The notes under the pieces were generated by a model. That model did no database searches, was not told the DNA's origin, and saw only the letters and a program-made list of their open reading frames with translations. A stretch of DNA of 54,818 nucleotides from a virus. Taxonomy: Duplodnaviria > Caudoviricetes. Positions 9,318 through 17,485 of the stretch are shown piece by piece. The DNA is taken from the IMG/VR virus record IMGVR_UViG_3300017783_000027, positions 1 through 54,818 of that record; one strand, written 5' to 3'. Positions within the stretch are counted from its first letter, which is position 1. Each line of letters begins with the position of its first letter. The position numbers and the translations under genes are program-made.

Positions 9318-9793
9318 TTGAGAAAGCACCACCACAATGGTTGCTTGATAACATAGCAAAAGGTAATGACAAACTAAAAGTCAATTACACATACGAGAGA
9401 CTCAAACTACCACAGATGTTGTGTTTCTGTACGTTAATGTATAATGATGACATAGTTGGTTTTTCAGGTCTACAGAAATGGGAAAATAATACTGCTAGAG
9501 TTAATAGTAGATGTTATATTACACCAGAGTTTAGACAGTATAAAGTAAGAGGTGAGAGAGTACGTTATCCATGGAAATATCTAGCACCTTATCAAATACG
9601 TATTGCAGAAGATTTAGGTTATACAAAGTTGTTTTGGTCTACAGAGTTATATAAACGACCAGGTAAAACAATGGCACTAACAATAGAATATGCAAAACAA
9701 TATTTACCAGAGGGTTGGTCTTATAATCAACTTGAAGGCAAACATGATGTAAACGGAGTTCAACAAGAAGTATGCGAGATATTGAAATCATAG
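9305..9793 (+). CDS. putative GNAT-fold acyltransferase
   Basis: DDIVGFSG, ARVNSRCYITPEFR, AEDLGYTKLF pattern; GTG start overlapping the desaturase end. Confidence 0.55.
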   Translation: MFKIIEKAPPQWLLDNIAKGNDKLKVNYTYERLKLPQMLCFCTLMYNDDIVGFSGLQKWENNTARVNSRCYITPEFRQYKVRGERVRYPWKYLAPYQIRIAEDLGYTKLFWSTELYKRPGKTMALTIEYAKQYLPEGWSYNQLEGKHDVNGVQQEVCEILKS

Positions 9794-10395
9794 ATAACAT
9801 AGAAAGTTTAGATGACGCTAAACAATATATGTCAAAATATGGTACAGTCAAAGATATGATTGACCTGCCTGAAATTGGTAAAAAAGAAACCATAGATATA
9901 CCAAATCAGTTATGGCACCAAGATGGCCTACAGACAGAAAGTCAACCTAATTATCAAGCGTTATGGTGTAAGTATGCAGAAGATAAATGTCCTACTACAC
10001 AATACATTTCTTCTAGGATATCAGATGAGTTAGGTAAGAAGTATGAGGGTCTTAAATGTAAATTCAATTTTAAGAAACCAATAGACGAAGGTAGATTCTA
10101 TAAGTTTGATACTAAACTAGACCAACGATTGTATTTAAGAAGAATCTATAAAGGCGATAAAGAGATTATTGGTAAAGATGACCAAGGTTACTTCACACGT
10201 TGGAATGAAATGGCCGTTTTGAATAATGATATTTACAAAGAATTAGAAAGTGCTGTTATGTCTAACGAAGTACAAGAAGTTAAGTGGAAGACAAACAGAT
10301 TGGTTGTAGCAAATAACTTTACTACATTACACAGACGAACACCATTTACATATCCTGATGGTGAACGAATTATCTTTCGTGCTTACGTGAATTAA
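9772..10395 (+). CDS. TauD/TfdA-like 2OG-Fe(II) dioxygenase
   Basis: WHQD, W...RLVVANN..TLHRR, R.IFR motifs. Confidence 0.75.
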   Translation: MRDIEIIDNIESLDDAKQYMSKYGTVKDMIDLPEIGKKETIDIPNQLWHQDGLQTESQPNYQALWCKYAEDKCPTTQYISSRISDELGKKYEGLKCKFNFKKPIDEGRFYKFDTKLDQRLYLRRIYKGDKEIIGKDDQGYFTRWNEMAVLNNDIYKELESAVMSNEVQEVKWKTNRLVVANNFTTLHRRTPFTYPDGERIIFRAYVN

Positions 10396-10937
10396 GTATA
10401 GTGTAAATAACTACCTAAAATATACTTTGGCGTTTTGATTGGTTTATGACCAGCATGTAAATATGTCCATGTAGGTGGAAACATTAATAACTTACCAGTC
10501 TTTGGTTGTACTTTCATATCGTAATTACTAAAAGAAGTCCAACCCTCTTCATTGTCATTTAGATATAAAAAGAATACCAAGAAACGTCTTGCTGTTTCAT
10601 AGTTGCCTACATCTACATGTTCTTTGAATTCATCTAGGTCGTTAGGTTCATATTTCTTAAACCTCATTTGTTCCCATCCAAAGTGTGTAGGCCATTGTGT
10701 AGGTCCTATGCCTACATCTTTAGCATACCTTTTCACATAAGGTGTTAAATGTTGATAGAGGTCAGCAACTATATTCTTCCAATCGTCATGTTGATTTAGA
10801 TTGATTTCTGTAAAGTTACGGTGACCTTTGAGATTAGTATTGACTTGTTGGTCTTTGTTGATTTCAAACTTCTCAATCAGTTGTTTACAAATAGACCTAT
10901 CTAATACTTCTTCATATTCTCTAATATAATTTTCCAT
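10392..10937 (-). CDS. 2OG-Fe(II) oxygenase (prolyl 4-hydroxylase-like)
   Basis: EHVD, FFLYLND..EG.T.F, PKTGKLLMFPPTWTYLHAG, KY; GGAG RBS before ATG 10937. Confidence 0.9.
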   Translation of the reverse strand: MENYIREYEEVLDRSICKQLIEKFEINKDQQVNTNLKGHRNFTEINLNQHDDWKNIVADLYQHLTPYVKRYAKDVGIGPTQWPTHFGWEQMRFKKYEPNDLDEFKEHVDVGNYETARRFLVFFLYLNDNEEGWTSFSNYDMKVQPKTGKLLMFPPTWTYLHAGHKPIKTPKYILGSYLHYT

Positions 10938-10955
10938 AATATCTCCAATATACAC

Positions 10956-10991
10956 TATTTAGTTTGGTGTGGCAATGCTGGTTTATAAATA
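10956..10991. promoter_or_regulatory. divergent late promoters (ACTAAATA on minus 10956-10963; TATAAATA on plus 10984-10991)
   Basis: Consensus or variant boxes facing the flanking genes. Confidence 0.65.
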
Positions 10992-10999
10992 GTGCTTTG

Positions 11000-11116
11000 A
11001 TGTATAAGCGTCAAAAAAAGAAACCTAAAAAGAAACCAAATAAGCAACCTTTTGGTTATCAACCCAATAATCCACTTACTCTATATCTGTATCGTCTTAA
11101 AGTCTTGGTCAAATAA
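11000..11116 (+). CDS. 38-aa highly basic microprotein
   Basis: MYKRQKKKPKKKPNKQPFGYQPNNPLTLYLYRLKVLVK downstream of TATAAATA. Confidence 0.5.
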   Translation: MYKRQKKKPKKKPNKQPFGYQPNNPLTLYLYRLKVLVK

Positions 11117-11132
11117 GTGTACTAAATAATGG

Positions 11133-11762
11133 ATGGAAAAATTTTATGAGGAAGTCCCTTTATCAATTGACATTGACCGACTTGGTAAATCATACTTTGA
11201 TTTTAAACATCATTTAGGTTTTAGAACAGACGACAAACGCAATATAGATTTCAATGCTATTTGTGTTAACAGAATACCTGGTGACGAATCATCTATACAA
11301 GGTGGTAACGTTAGAGGTTTGTATTGGACAATGCCTGATACAACCAATGTAGAAGAACAACGATTAGAACCTGTTAAAGAACATTTATATACTGAAATAT
11401 GTCCTGAATTTAAAGGCACATATATTGAAGAAGTATATAACATCATCACAAAAAAATTTAAATTAGGAAGAGTACGTCTTTTGATGAAACCACCAAGGTC
11501 TTGTTTATCTTGGCATAGGGATCCTGAAATGAGATTACATATTCCTATTATAACTAATAAAGGTTGTATCATGGTAATAGAAGATACAGCGTTTCATATG
11601 CCAGCAAATGGTAATGGTTATATTACAGATAACACAAAGTATCATAACTTCTTTAACGGCTCTGAATTTGATAGAGTTCATTTAGTCGCCACAGTATTAG
11701 AACACAATTGTGGCATGGATTGGCAAGATGAAGTGAAATACGAGTGTTGTAAACTTTGTTGA
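11133..11762 (+). CDS. aspartyl/asparaginyl beta-hydroxylase-like 2OG-Fe(II) oxygenase
   Basis: GRVRLL, SWHRD..RLHIPIITN, DNTKYHNFFNGS..DRVHLV. Confidence 0.85.
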   Translation: MEKFYEEVPLSIDIDRLGKSYFDFKHHLGFRTDDKRNIDFNAICVNRIPGDESSIQGGNVRGLYWTMPDTTNVEEQRLEPVKEHLYTEICPEFKGTYIEEVYNIITKKFKLGRVRLLMKPPRSCLSWHRDPEMRLHIPIITNKGCIMVIEDTAFHMPANGNGYITDNTKYHNFFNGSEFDRVHLVATVLEHNCGMDWQDEVKYECCKLC

Positions 11763-11837
11763 TTTCCCTTTACAAATTATTGACTCGATTTACAAAATAG
11801 CTGTAAATCCTGTAAACTTTGAAACATAAGTATTCCT

Positions 11838-11960
11838 ATGGACGAAGAATTAAAATACTTAGAAGAGAAGCATAATAGAGGCGTATTTGTCAATGATGAT
11901 AACCACGATTGGGGTGGTTGTCCTTCTACTTATGAAGAAGACGAAAAAAAAGAGGAGTAA
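11838..11960 (+). CDS. 40-aa acidic microprotein
   Basis: MDEELKYLEEKHNRGVFVNDDNHDWGGCPSTYEEDEKKEE; CATAAGTA variant box 5 nt upstream; ends in the terminator. Confidence 0.5.
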   Translation: MDEELKYLEEKHNRGVFVNDDNHDWGGCPSTYEEDEKKEE

Positions 11961-11971
11961 AACTCCTCTTT
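11944..11971. terminator. intrinsic terminator, probably bidirectional
   Basis: AAAGAGGAG-taaaa-CTCCTCTTT stem; the A-run on plus gives a U-tail on minus; lies between convergent units. Confidence 0.8.
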
Positions 11972-12115
11972 CTAAAGACTTACAGGCCACGATTAACGAC
12001 TTACGCACAACTGCTTTATATCTCCTTTTGGTTGTTGTTTGCTGTGATTAGCAACTACATCATTTTCAATCTCCTTTCAAGCATAAAAATCTCTGCTTAG
12101 TTTTGTTGGTGTGAT

Positions 12116-12202
12116 TGGTGCTTCCTGCCGGACTTGAACCGGCACGGCTTTATCGCCCACAGATTTTAAGTCTGTTATGTCTACCATTTCCATCAAGGAA
12201 GC
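12116..12202 (-). tRNA. trnL: tRNA-Leu (anticodon TAA)
   Basis: GCTTCCT acceptor, TGGTAGAC D-arm, ACAGA-CTTAAAA-TCTGT anticodon arm, long variable arm, GGTTCAAGTCC T-arm, encoded CCA. Confidence 0.95.
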
Positions 12203-12276
12203 ATAATCAATATTACCTCGTTCATATTCAATATGAATATAAAAATCATTTAACTCTTTTGTTGTTTCTGGTTGTA

Positions 12277-12534
12277 TCATAGTAACGCCAATTCTTTTGT
12301 TTCTTCTCTATGTAAAAGATACTGTCGTACCTCTTCTCGGTCTGGTACACGATAACTACCAAAAATTTTATTATCTAAACTTCGCAACCAAGCATTATTT
12401 GGTAGAGTAATATCGTGGTACATTTTAGCATTGTGACCGTCTGATTCTATTTCATAGGTCGCCTCGTACTTAATAATCGCATTTGTATTTTCACAAACAA
12501 ATGTGTATGTTGTATCTCTCATGTTGTAAGGCAT
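12277..12534 (-). CDS. hypothetical protein between the tRNAs
   Basis: 85 aa; AAGGAG RBS. Confidence 0.65.
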   Translation of the reverse strand: MPYNMRDTTYTFVCENTNAIIKYEATYEIESDGHNAKMYHDITLPNNAWLRSLDNKIFGSYRVPDREEVRQYLLHREETKELALL

Positions 12535-12551
12535 AGTTGCTCCTTTTAAAT

Positions 12552-12629
12552 TGGCCTGCCCTCCAGGATTCGAACCTGGGACCTACAGCTTAGAAGGCTG
12601 TTGCTCTAATCCAGCTGAGCTAAGGGCAG
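12552..12629 (-). tRNA. trnR: tRNA-Arg (anticodon TCT)
   Basis: CTGCCCT acceptor, TAGCTCAGCTGGATTAGAGC D-arm, ACAGC-CTTCTAA-GCTGT anticodon arm, GGTTCGAATCC T-arm, encoded CCA. Confidence 0.95.
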
Positions 12630-12635
12630 ATAAAA

Positions 12636-13358
12636 TTATGATATTGCTATTCGGTGCATAAGTCTTTTGTCCATATGTTCAAACTCATGTCTTTTGTGAA
12701 TGGTCAACCATTGTTCACTAACGACAAGGTCGCCGTCTTCCCAATGGTGGTCGTATCTGTACTTATCTTTAAGTACATGATGTTTAAGATATTCAAACAG
12801 GTCATCAGGAATACCACCGAGTATTTGATTGAAAGGAAAATATAATCCTGTCTGACCTGCTTCGTTTGTTTGTACTAAATCCCATTTTAAATCCTCATTA
12901 TGATGGTCTTTAAAAAATTCATCTACTGTATAATTACCTGATTTGAAGCCACATGTAAATTGAATATCTTTACATCTATTTTGCATATCTTCATCTAGGT
13001 CATTATAAGCGGCTCTGTTATCAATCCATGATGTGATAGAACCTTTACTACCTTTTACGGCATAAATCCATACGATACTTGCTCTGTTTTCGTTACTTGG
13101 TTTGTTGGCGTGCCAATCTAAAGTTTCTTTAGTACCAAATAAAGCACCTTGTGTAACATTTGATATTCCGTCTAAAGGACCCTTAAATGCTTTTTGTTGA
13201 TTGTGTTCACGTTCAGTAACCGGCTTCTTTACTGTACCAATAGATTCAGCAATAGCCATTTCTTTTTCAGGAGTAATCTGACCAAGTTTGCTCACACAAA
13301 CAAGGTCAGTAAATACTGATTCTCTAGTTATATTAGAATGGTTAAAATACTTCTTCAA
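12636..13358 (-). CDS. TauD/TfdA-like dioxygenase (HxN variant)
   Basis: LDWHAN, GS.TSWIDNRAAYNDL, YDHHWEDGDLVV.....IHKR, R.MHR. Confidence 0.8.
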   Translation of the reverse strand: MKKYFNHSNITRESVFTDLVCVSKLGQITPEKEMAIAESIGTVKKPVTEREHNQQKAFKGPLDGISNVTQGALFGTKETLDWHANKPSNENRASIVWIYAVKGSKGSITSWIDNRAAYNDLDEDMQNRCKDIQFTCGFKSGNYTVDEFFKDHHNEDLKWDLVQTNEAGQTGLYFPFNQILGGIPDDLFEYLKHHVLKDKYRYDHHWEDGDLVVSEQWLTIHKRHEFEHMDKRLMHRIAIS

Positions 13359-13604
13359 TTAAGCAGCCTCTAACATTGACATAGGTACTCTATAACTTCT
13401 ACCTAACATATCAACTACACATTTAGTCTGATTGATTTTGGTAATAGTACCAGGAGTTTTTTTAGTTTTCTGAACAACAAATACTTTTTGTCCAACAGAT
13501 AAGGTTGCCTTACCAACCATAACTTTCATTTGAGATATAAACTCAGAAAGGTCGTTAAGTTGAGCAAGGTTCATTTTTTGTATTTCAGTTTTCACATTAT
13601 TCAT
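13359..13604 (-). CDS. hypothetical early protein (SH3/KOW-like beta-barrel possible)
   Basis: AGGA RBS before MNNVKTE; LSVGQKV..GTITKINQTKCVV pattern. Confidence 0.65.
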   Translation of the reverse strand: MNNVKTEIQKMNLAQLNDLSEFISQMKVMVGKATLSVGQKVFVVQKTKKTPGTITKINQTKCVVDMLGRSYRVPMSMLEAA

Positions 13605-13618
13605 AATATTATATATCC

Positions 13619-13981
13619 TTATTTTAAGTAAAGAGGTCCAGTCCATCTGATAGGGTAATTACCAGTAAGTACGTTTCCTCGGGGTTGATTTAAGGCAGGT
13701 GCATTGTAACCAGCAGGTTTCAATATATCACCTATCTTAAAATGTTTAAAGTCAGTTTTACAGATAAAGGCAAAGACAGAATTATCTCGTACAATCTTAA
13801 TGTACTTTTGTCCTTCTTTAACTTTAATTGAATCGTCCCATTTATCAAGTTGTTCTTGTGAGTACGAACCAATTTCTTCTTTACCTGAAGATGACCAACG
13901 GTGATAATCTTCTTTAGCACCATTCATCAAATTCTTAATTCCTTCATTAAGCGATTTGGCAGTGTTTTTTACTAGTGTCAT
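13619..13981 (-). CDS. hypothetical early phage protein
   Basis: AAGGA RBS before MTLVKN; GQKYIKI, GDILKPAGYNAPA..RGN motif; downstream of a sigma70 promoter. Confidence 0.75.
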   Translation of the reverse strand: MTLVKNTAKSLNEGIKNLMNGAKEDYHRWSSSGKEEIGSYSQEQLDKWDDSIKVKEGQKYIKIVRDNSVFAFICKTDFKHFKIGDILKPAGYNAPALNQPRGNVLTGNYPIRWTGPLYLK

Positions 13982-13983
13982 TT

Positions 13984-14157
13984 TTAGTCCTTTTGTTGAG
14001 TTGATATGGCTATTATACCAGAAATAATCATAATTGTCAAGCATAAAAAGAACATTGTCCAGTTTTCTTGACCCATACAATGTCCACTACAATCCTCAAT
14101 TGAACCAACTGCTAGAATTGCAGACATTATAGATGTAAAAGCAAAAAATGTACTCAT
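13984..14157 (-). CDS. 57-aa two-helix membrane protein
   Basis: TAATG overlap with the upstream gene; MSTFFAFTSIMSAILAVGSIEDCSGHCMGQENWTMFFLCLTIMIISGIIAISTQQKD. Confidence 0.6.
   Translation of the reverse strand: MSTFFAFTSIMSAILAVGSIEDCSGHCMGQENWTMFFLCLTIMIISGIIAISTQQKD
14012..14040 (-). promoter_or_regulatory. sigma70 consensus (early) promoter TTGACA-17-TATAAT
   Basis: Perfect -35/-10 with 17-nt spacer on the minus strand. Confidence 0.85.
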
Positions 14158-14330
14158 TAGGCAACCTCATAAGTTTCTATTGCTACAAGATTCGCAATTG
14201 TTAAGTCATTATTAAGATAATTCTTAATAGTTGTATCAACACTCGCTTTTTCAGTAGTGTTAACTTCATTCTCAACGTCAAAAGTCTTGATTTTGTCGTT
14301 TTCAGTGTATTTGATTAGTGTTTTAAACAT
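14157..14330 (-). CDS. hypothetical early protein
   Basis: AAAGGA RBS before MFKTLIKY; directly downstream of the sigma70 promoter. Confidence 0.65.
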   Translation of the reverse strand: MFKTLIKYTENDKIKTFDVENEVNTTEKASVDTTIKNYLNNDLTIANLVAIETYEVA

Positions 14331-14360
14331 AGTGTTTCCTTTCTCAATCATTATGGATAC

Positions 14361-14389
14361 ACTATACACTAGATAAATAGAGAAAGCAA
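14361..14389 (-). promoter_or_regulatory. sigma70-like early promoter TTGCTT-17-TATAGT
   Basis: Near-consensus boxes, 17-nt spacer, A/T tracts upstream. Confidence 0.7.
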
Positions 14390-14416
14390 GCGAAAAAGGC
14401 GCTTTTTTCAAAAAAA

Positions 14417-14599
14417 ATGCTCAATAAAATCAACGTTTTATCAATTATTTTAATTTTTTTTCTTTCCGGCTGCTCTGGAAAAGTCAAAAATTGCGAATTT
14501 TCGCCGGATTTAGAGCGAATCGGCGAATCAGCGTTAGAAAATAGAGAAAATTTGTCGGAAACTGAATTGAGAGCAGGAAAAATGAGTTGTAATTTCTAA
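14417..14599 (+). CDS. putative small lipoprotein
   Basis: Basic N-terminus, hydrophobic core, LSGC lipobox; no clear RBS and atypical codon usage. Confidence 0.5.
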   Translation: MLNKINVLSIILIFFLSGCSGKVKNCEFSPDLERIGESALENRENLSETELRAGKMSCNF

Positions 14600-14607
14600 T
14601 ATAAATA
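14600..14607 (+). promoter_or_regulatory. T4-type late promoter TATAAATA
   Basis: Exact consensus upstream of ORF 14632 and PAAR. Confidence 0.8.
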
Positions 14608-14631
14608 GTATCATTAACAGAAAGTGAATAT

Positions 14632-14841
14632 ATGCCTAAAATGAGAAAATTCTTTTTTTGGAACGAACAAGGTGACGAAAAAGAAGTAGAAAAGATGAGT
14701 TTAACAAAAGCCGTAAAATCTGTACAAGACGATTTTAAGAAAAACACGTTTATTGGTGTTGAATATATCAGTAAAAAAGGAAAACAACTATCCGAGACAA
14801 TACAATTGCCATGGGGTAGAAAAGACAAATTAGGAAGATAA
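14632..14841 (+). CDS. hypothetical basic protein
   Basis: 69 aa after a late promoter. Confidence 0.65.
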   Translation: MPKMRKFFFWNEQGDEKEVEKMSLTKAVKSVQDDFKKNTFIGVEYISKKGKQLSETIQLPWGRKDKLGR

Positions 14842-14844
14842 TAA

Positions 14845-15150
14845 ATGCCAGCACTTGCAGTTAGCCGAAAAGGTGATACTTTAACAACAGGCCACGCTTG
14901 TACAAGTACAACAACACTTGATACACCAGGTCAAGTTGATTGTTTTGCTAATAGTAAATTAATTGCAAGAGTAACAGACCCTACAGTACCACATCCTAAT
15001 CCACCAGTGCCACCATGTCCAGACCACGTTGCTAATGTTAATGCAGGTTCAACGACAGTTTTTGTTCATGGTTTGGCGATGGCTAGAGATACCGATAGTG
15101 CAGACGCCGGTAACATGATTCAAGGTTCTTCAAATGTTTTCTGTGGTTAG
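14845..15150 (+). CDS. gp5.4: PAAR spike-tip protein (gp5.4-like)
   Basis: SRKGD..TTGH.C, IARVTD..PH, GSTTVFVHGLAMAR, GSSNVF. Confidence 0.9.
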   Translation: MPALAVSRKGDTLTTGHACTSTTTLDTPGQVDCFANSKLIARVTDPTVPHPNPPVPPCPDHVANVNAGSTTVFVHGLAMARDTDSADAGNMIQGSSNVFCG

Positions 15151-15173
15151 TTAGAAACTGCTTCGTAAAACCT

Positions 15174-15181
15174 TATAAATA
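15174..15181 (+). promoter_or_regulatory. T4-type late promoter TATAAATA
   Basis: Exact consensus 5 nt before the gp25 ATG. Confidence 0.8.
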
Positions 15182-15186
15182 TCCGT

Positions 15187-15612
15187 ATGGCACAATATGA
15201 TTCAAGCACCACTAGCACAAGTAACAGAAACAGTAGACCATTTAAGGATATTGATTTAGACTTTGGTCGTAATACAGTTACAAATGATGTAATGACGGTA
15301 ACAGACATTGTTGCTATCAAAAGGTCTGTAAAGAATTTAATACAGACTAATTTTTATGAGAGACCTTTTCATCCTGAAATGGGTTGTGGCGTTAGAGAAT
15401 TATTATTTGAGAATTTTACACCTATTACTGGTGTATTCATAAAAAGAAAAATTGCAGAGGTCATAACAAACTTTGAACCAAGAGTAACTTTAAATTCAGT
15501 TCATTTAGATGATGACCCCGATAATAACAGATTAGTTGTTGATATTTATTTTTATGTGACTGGTATTCCAGGTCCACAACAAGTATCAACATTTTTACAA
15601 AGGTTGAGATAA
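15187..15612 (+). CDS. gp25: baseplate wedge protein gp25
   Basis: FKDIDL.F, AIKRSVKNLI.T..YERPFHP..G, FEPRV. Confidence 0.92.
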   Translation: MAQYDSSTTSTSNRNSRPFKDIDLDFGRNTVTNDVMTVTDIVAIKRSVKNLIQTNFYERPFHPEMGCGVRELLFENFTPITGVFIKRKIAEVITNFEPRVTLNSVHLDDDPDNNRLVVDIYFYVTGIPGPQQVSTFLQRLR

Positions 15613-15615
15613 TAA

Positions 15616-17469
15616 ATGGCACAACATAAACTTAAAATATCAGATTTAGATTTTGACCAAATTAAAATCAATCTAAAAACTTTTTTACAAAGTCAAACAG
15701 AATTCCAAGATTACGATTTTGAAGGTTCAGGCCTTTCTATCTTATTAGATGTATTATCTTACAACACACACTATCTTTCATACATTGCTAACATGTCAAC
15801 TAATGAGTTGTACTTAGACAGTGCTGATATTAGAAAGAATATTGTTTCTTTAGCAAAAATGTTAGGTTATACTCCTAGTTCGCCAAGAGCACCTAAATCA
15901 AACATTGATATTACAATTAATAACGCTACAGGCTCAAGTATAACTATGGGCAAAGGTTCGGTGTTTACTACTTCTCTTTCTGGAGAAACTTATCAATATA
16001 TAACTAACGAAGATATTACAATTACACCTGTTGATGGTGTTTACAAGTTTTCAGATGTAACTGTTTATGAAGGCTCACTTGTTACTTTTAAATATACAGT
16101 TGATAGTACAGACGTTGACCAAAAATTTATTGTTCCAAGTCCTAATGCAGATACGTCAACTTTAAAGGTATCTGTACAAAATTCAAGCACAGATACAACA
16201 CTTACAACATTCTCTTTAGCAGGTGGTTACAATTCTGTATCAAATACTTCTAACGTTTACTTTATACAAGAGGGTGACGCAGGAAGATATGAAATTTATT
16301 TTGGTGACGGTGTTACAGGTAAAAAATTACAAGATGGTAATGTTGTAATCATGCAATATATCGTAACTAACAAAACTGCTTCAAATGGTGCTTCTGCTTT
16401 CTCACTACAAGGTGACATTGGTGGTTTTACAGATGTTACAATTTTTACTAACTCGGTTTCACAAGGTGGTTCTGAGGCAGAGACAAAAGATTCAATTAAG
16501 TTTAATGCGCCTTTGCATTATGCAGCTCAAGACAGAGCCGTAACAACAACAGACTATGAAACGATTGTTAAGTCAATTTATCCTAATGCATTATCAGTAA
16601 GTGCTTGGGGTGGTGAAGATGATGAAACACCACAATATGGTATTGTTAAAATTGCTATTAAAGCAGCTTCAGGTTCAACTTTGACTAATCAAACTAAATT
16701 AGATATTGTTAGTTTGTTAAAACCTTATAATGTTGCTTCAGTTAGACCAGAAATTGTGGATCCAGAAACTACTTCTGTTCTAGTAACTACAGTTGCTAAA
16801 TTTGATTCAAAAAATACTGCTAAAACTAAAGATACGTTAAAATCAGATATTATTACGACTATTCAAAAATATAACACAGATGAGTTACAAAAATTTGATG
16901 GTGTGTTTAGATTTTCTAAATTATCAAAATTAATTGATAATACAGACGATTCAATTTTATCAAACTCTACAAATGTTAAAATAAGAAAGACATTAACACC
17001 AACTATAAATTCATCTACGAAATATGACATATATTTCAGAAATGCATTATATAATCCTCATGCAGGTCATAATATGGCTTCTGGTGGTATCTTATCGTCA
17101 ACAGGTTTTAAAATTGACGGAAATGACAATGAACAATTTTTAGATGATGACGGCAATGGTAACGTGAGACGTTATTTCTTGGTTTCAGGTATTAAGACAT
17201 ATGCTTCATCAGCACAAGGTACAATTAATTATGCTACAGGTCAAATCACACTAAACTCTTTAAATATTTCTTCTATATCAAATATTAGAGGTGCAGCTTC
17301 TACGGTAATTGAATTAACTGTAACACCTGATTCAAGAGACATTGTTCCTGTTAGAGACCAGATTATTGAGATTGATACTAACGTATTAAATGTTTCTGCT
17401 GAACCTGACACATTTGTTGGTGGTTCTGCTGAAGCAGGTGTTGGTTATACAACAACAAGTAATTACTAA
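15616..17469 (+). CDS. gp6: baseplate wedge protein gp6
   Basis: LDFDQIK.NLK, FQDYDFEGS, YNTHY, FGDG, QDRAVTTTDY, WGGE. Confidence 0.93.
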   Translation: MAQHKLKISDLDFDQIKINLKTFLQSQTEFQDYDFEGSGLSILLDVLSYNTHYLSYIANMSTNELYLDSADIRKNIVSLAKMLGYTPSSPRAPKSNIDITINNATGSSITMGKGSVFTTSLSGETYQYITNEDITITPVDGVYKFSDVTVYEGSLVTFKYTVDSTDVDQKFIVPSPNADTSTLKVSVQNSSTDTTLTTFSLAGGYNSVSNTSNVYFIQEGDAGRYEIYFGDGVTGKKLQDGNVVIMQYIVTNKTASNGASAFSLQGDIGGFTDVTIFTNSVSQGGSEAETKDSIKFNAPLHYAAQDRAVTTTDYETIVKSIYPNALSVSAWGGEDDETPQYGIVKIAIKAASGSTLTNQTKLDIVSLLKPYNVASVRPEIVDPETTSVLVTTVAKFDSKNTAKTKDTLKSDIITTIQKYNTDELQKFDGVFRFSKLSKLIDNTDDSILSNSTNVKIRKTLTPTINSSTKYDIYFRNALYNPHAGHNMASGGILSSTGFKIDGNDNEQFLDDDGNGNVRRYFLVSGIKTYASSAQGTINYATGQITLNSLNISSISNIRGAASTVIELTVTPDSRDIVPVRDQIIEIDTNVLNVSAEPDTFVGGSAEAGVGYTTTSNY

Positions 17470-17485
17470 AGAGAAGAAATGTTAA

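Noticed and set aside
11740-11830. Cys-rich C-terminus ending in TGA (possible selenocysteine or readthrough)
   Set aside because: No SECIS-like hairpin seen and another in-frame TGA follows six codons later; all other genes fit the standard code
12077-12280. 67-aa ORF on minus
   Set aside because: Fully contains tRNA-Leu on the same strand; the cloverleaf with CCA explains the sequence
14484-14828. 114-aa minus ORF
   Set aside because: Antisense to two plus-strand ORFs and a late promoter; Phe-rich mirror of A-tracts
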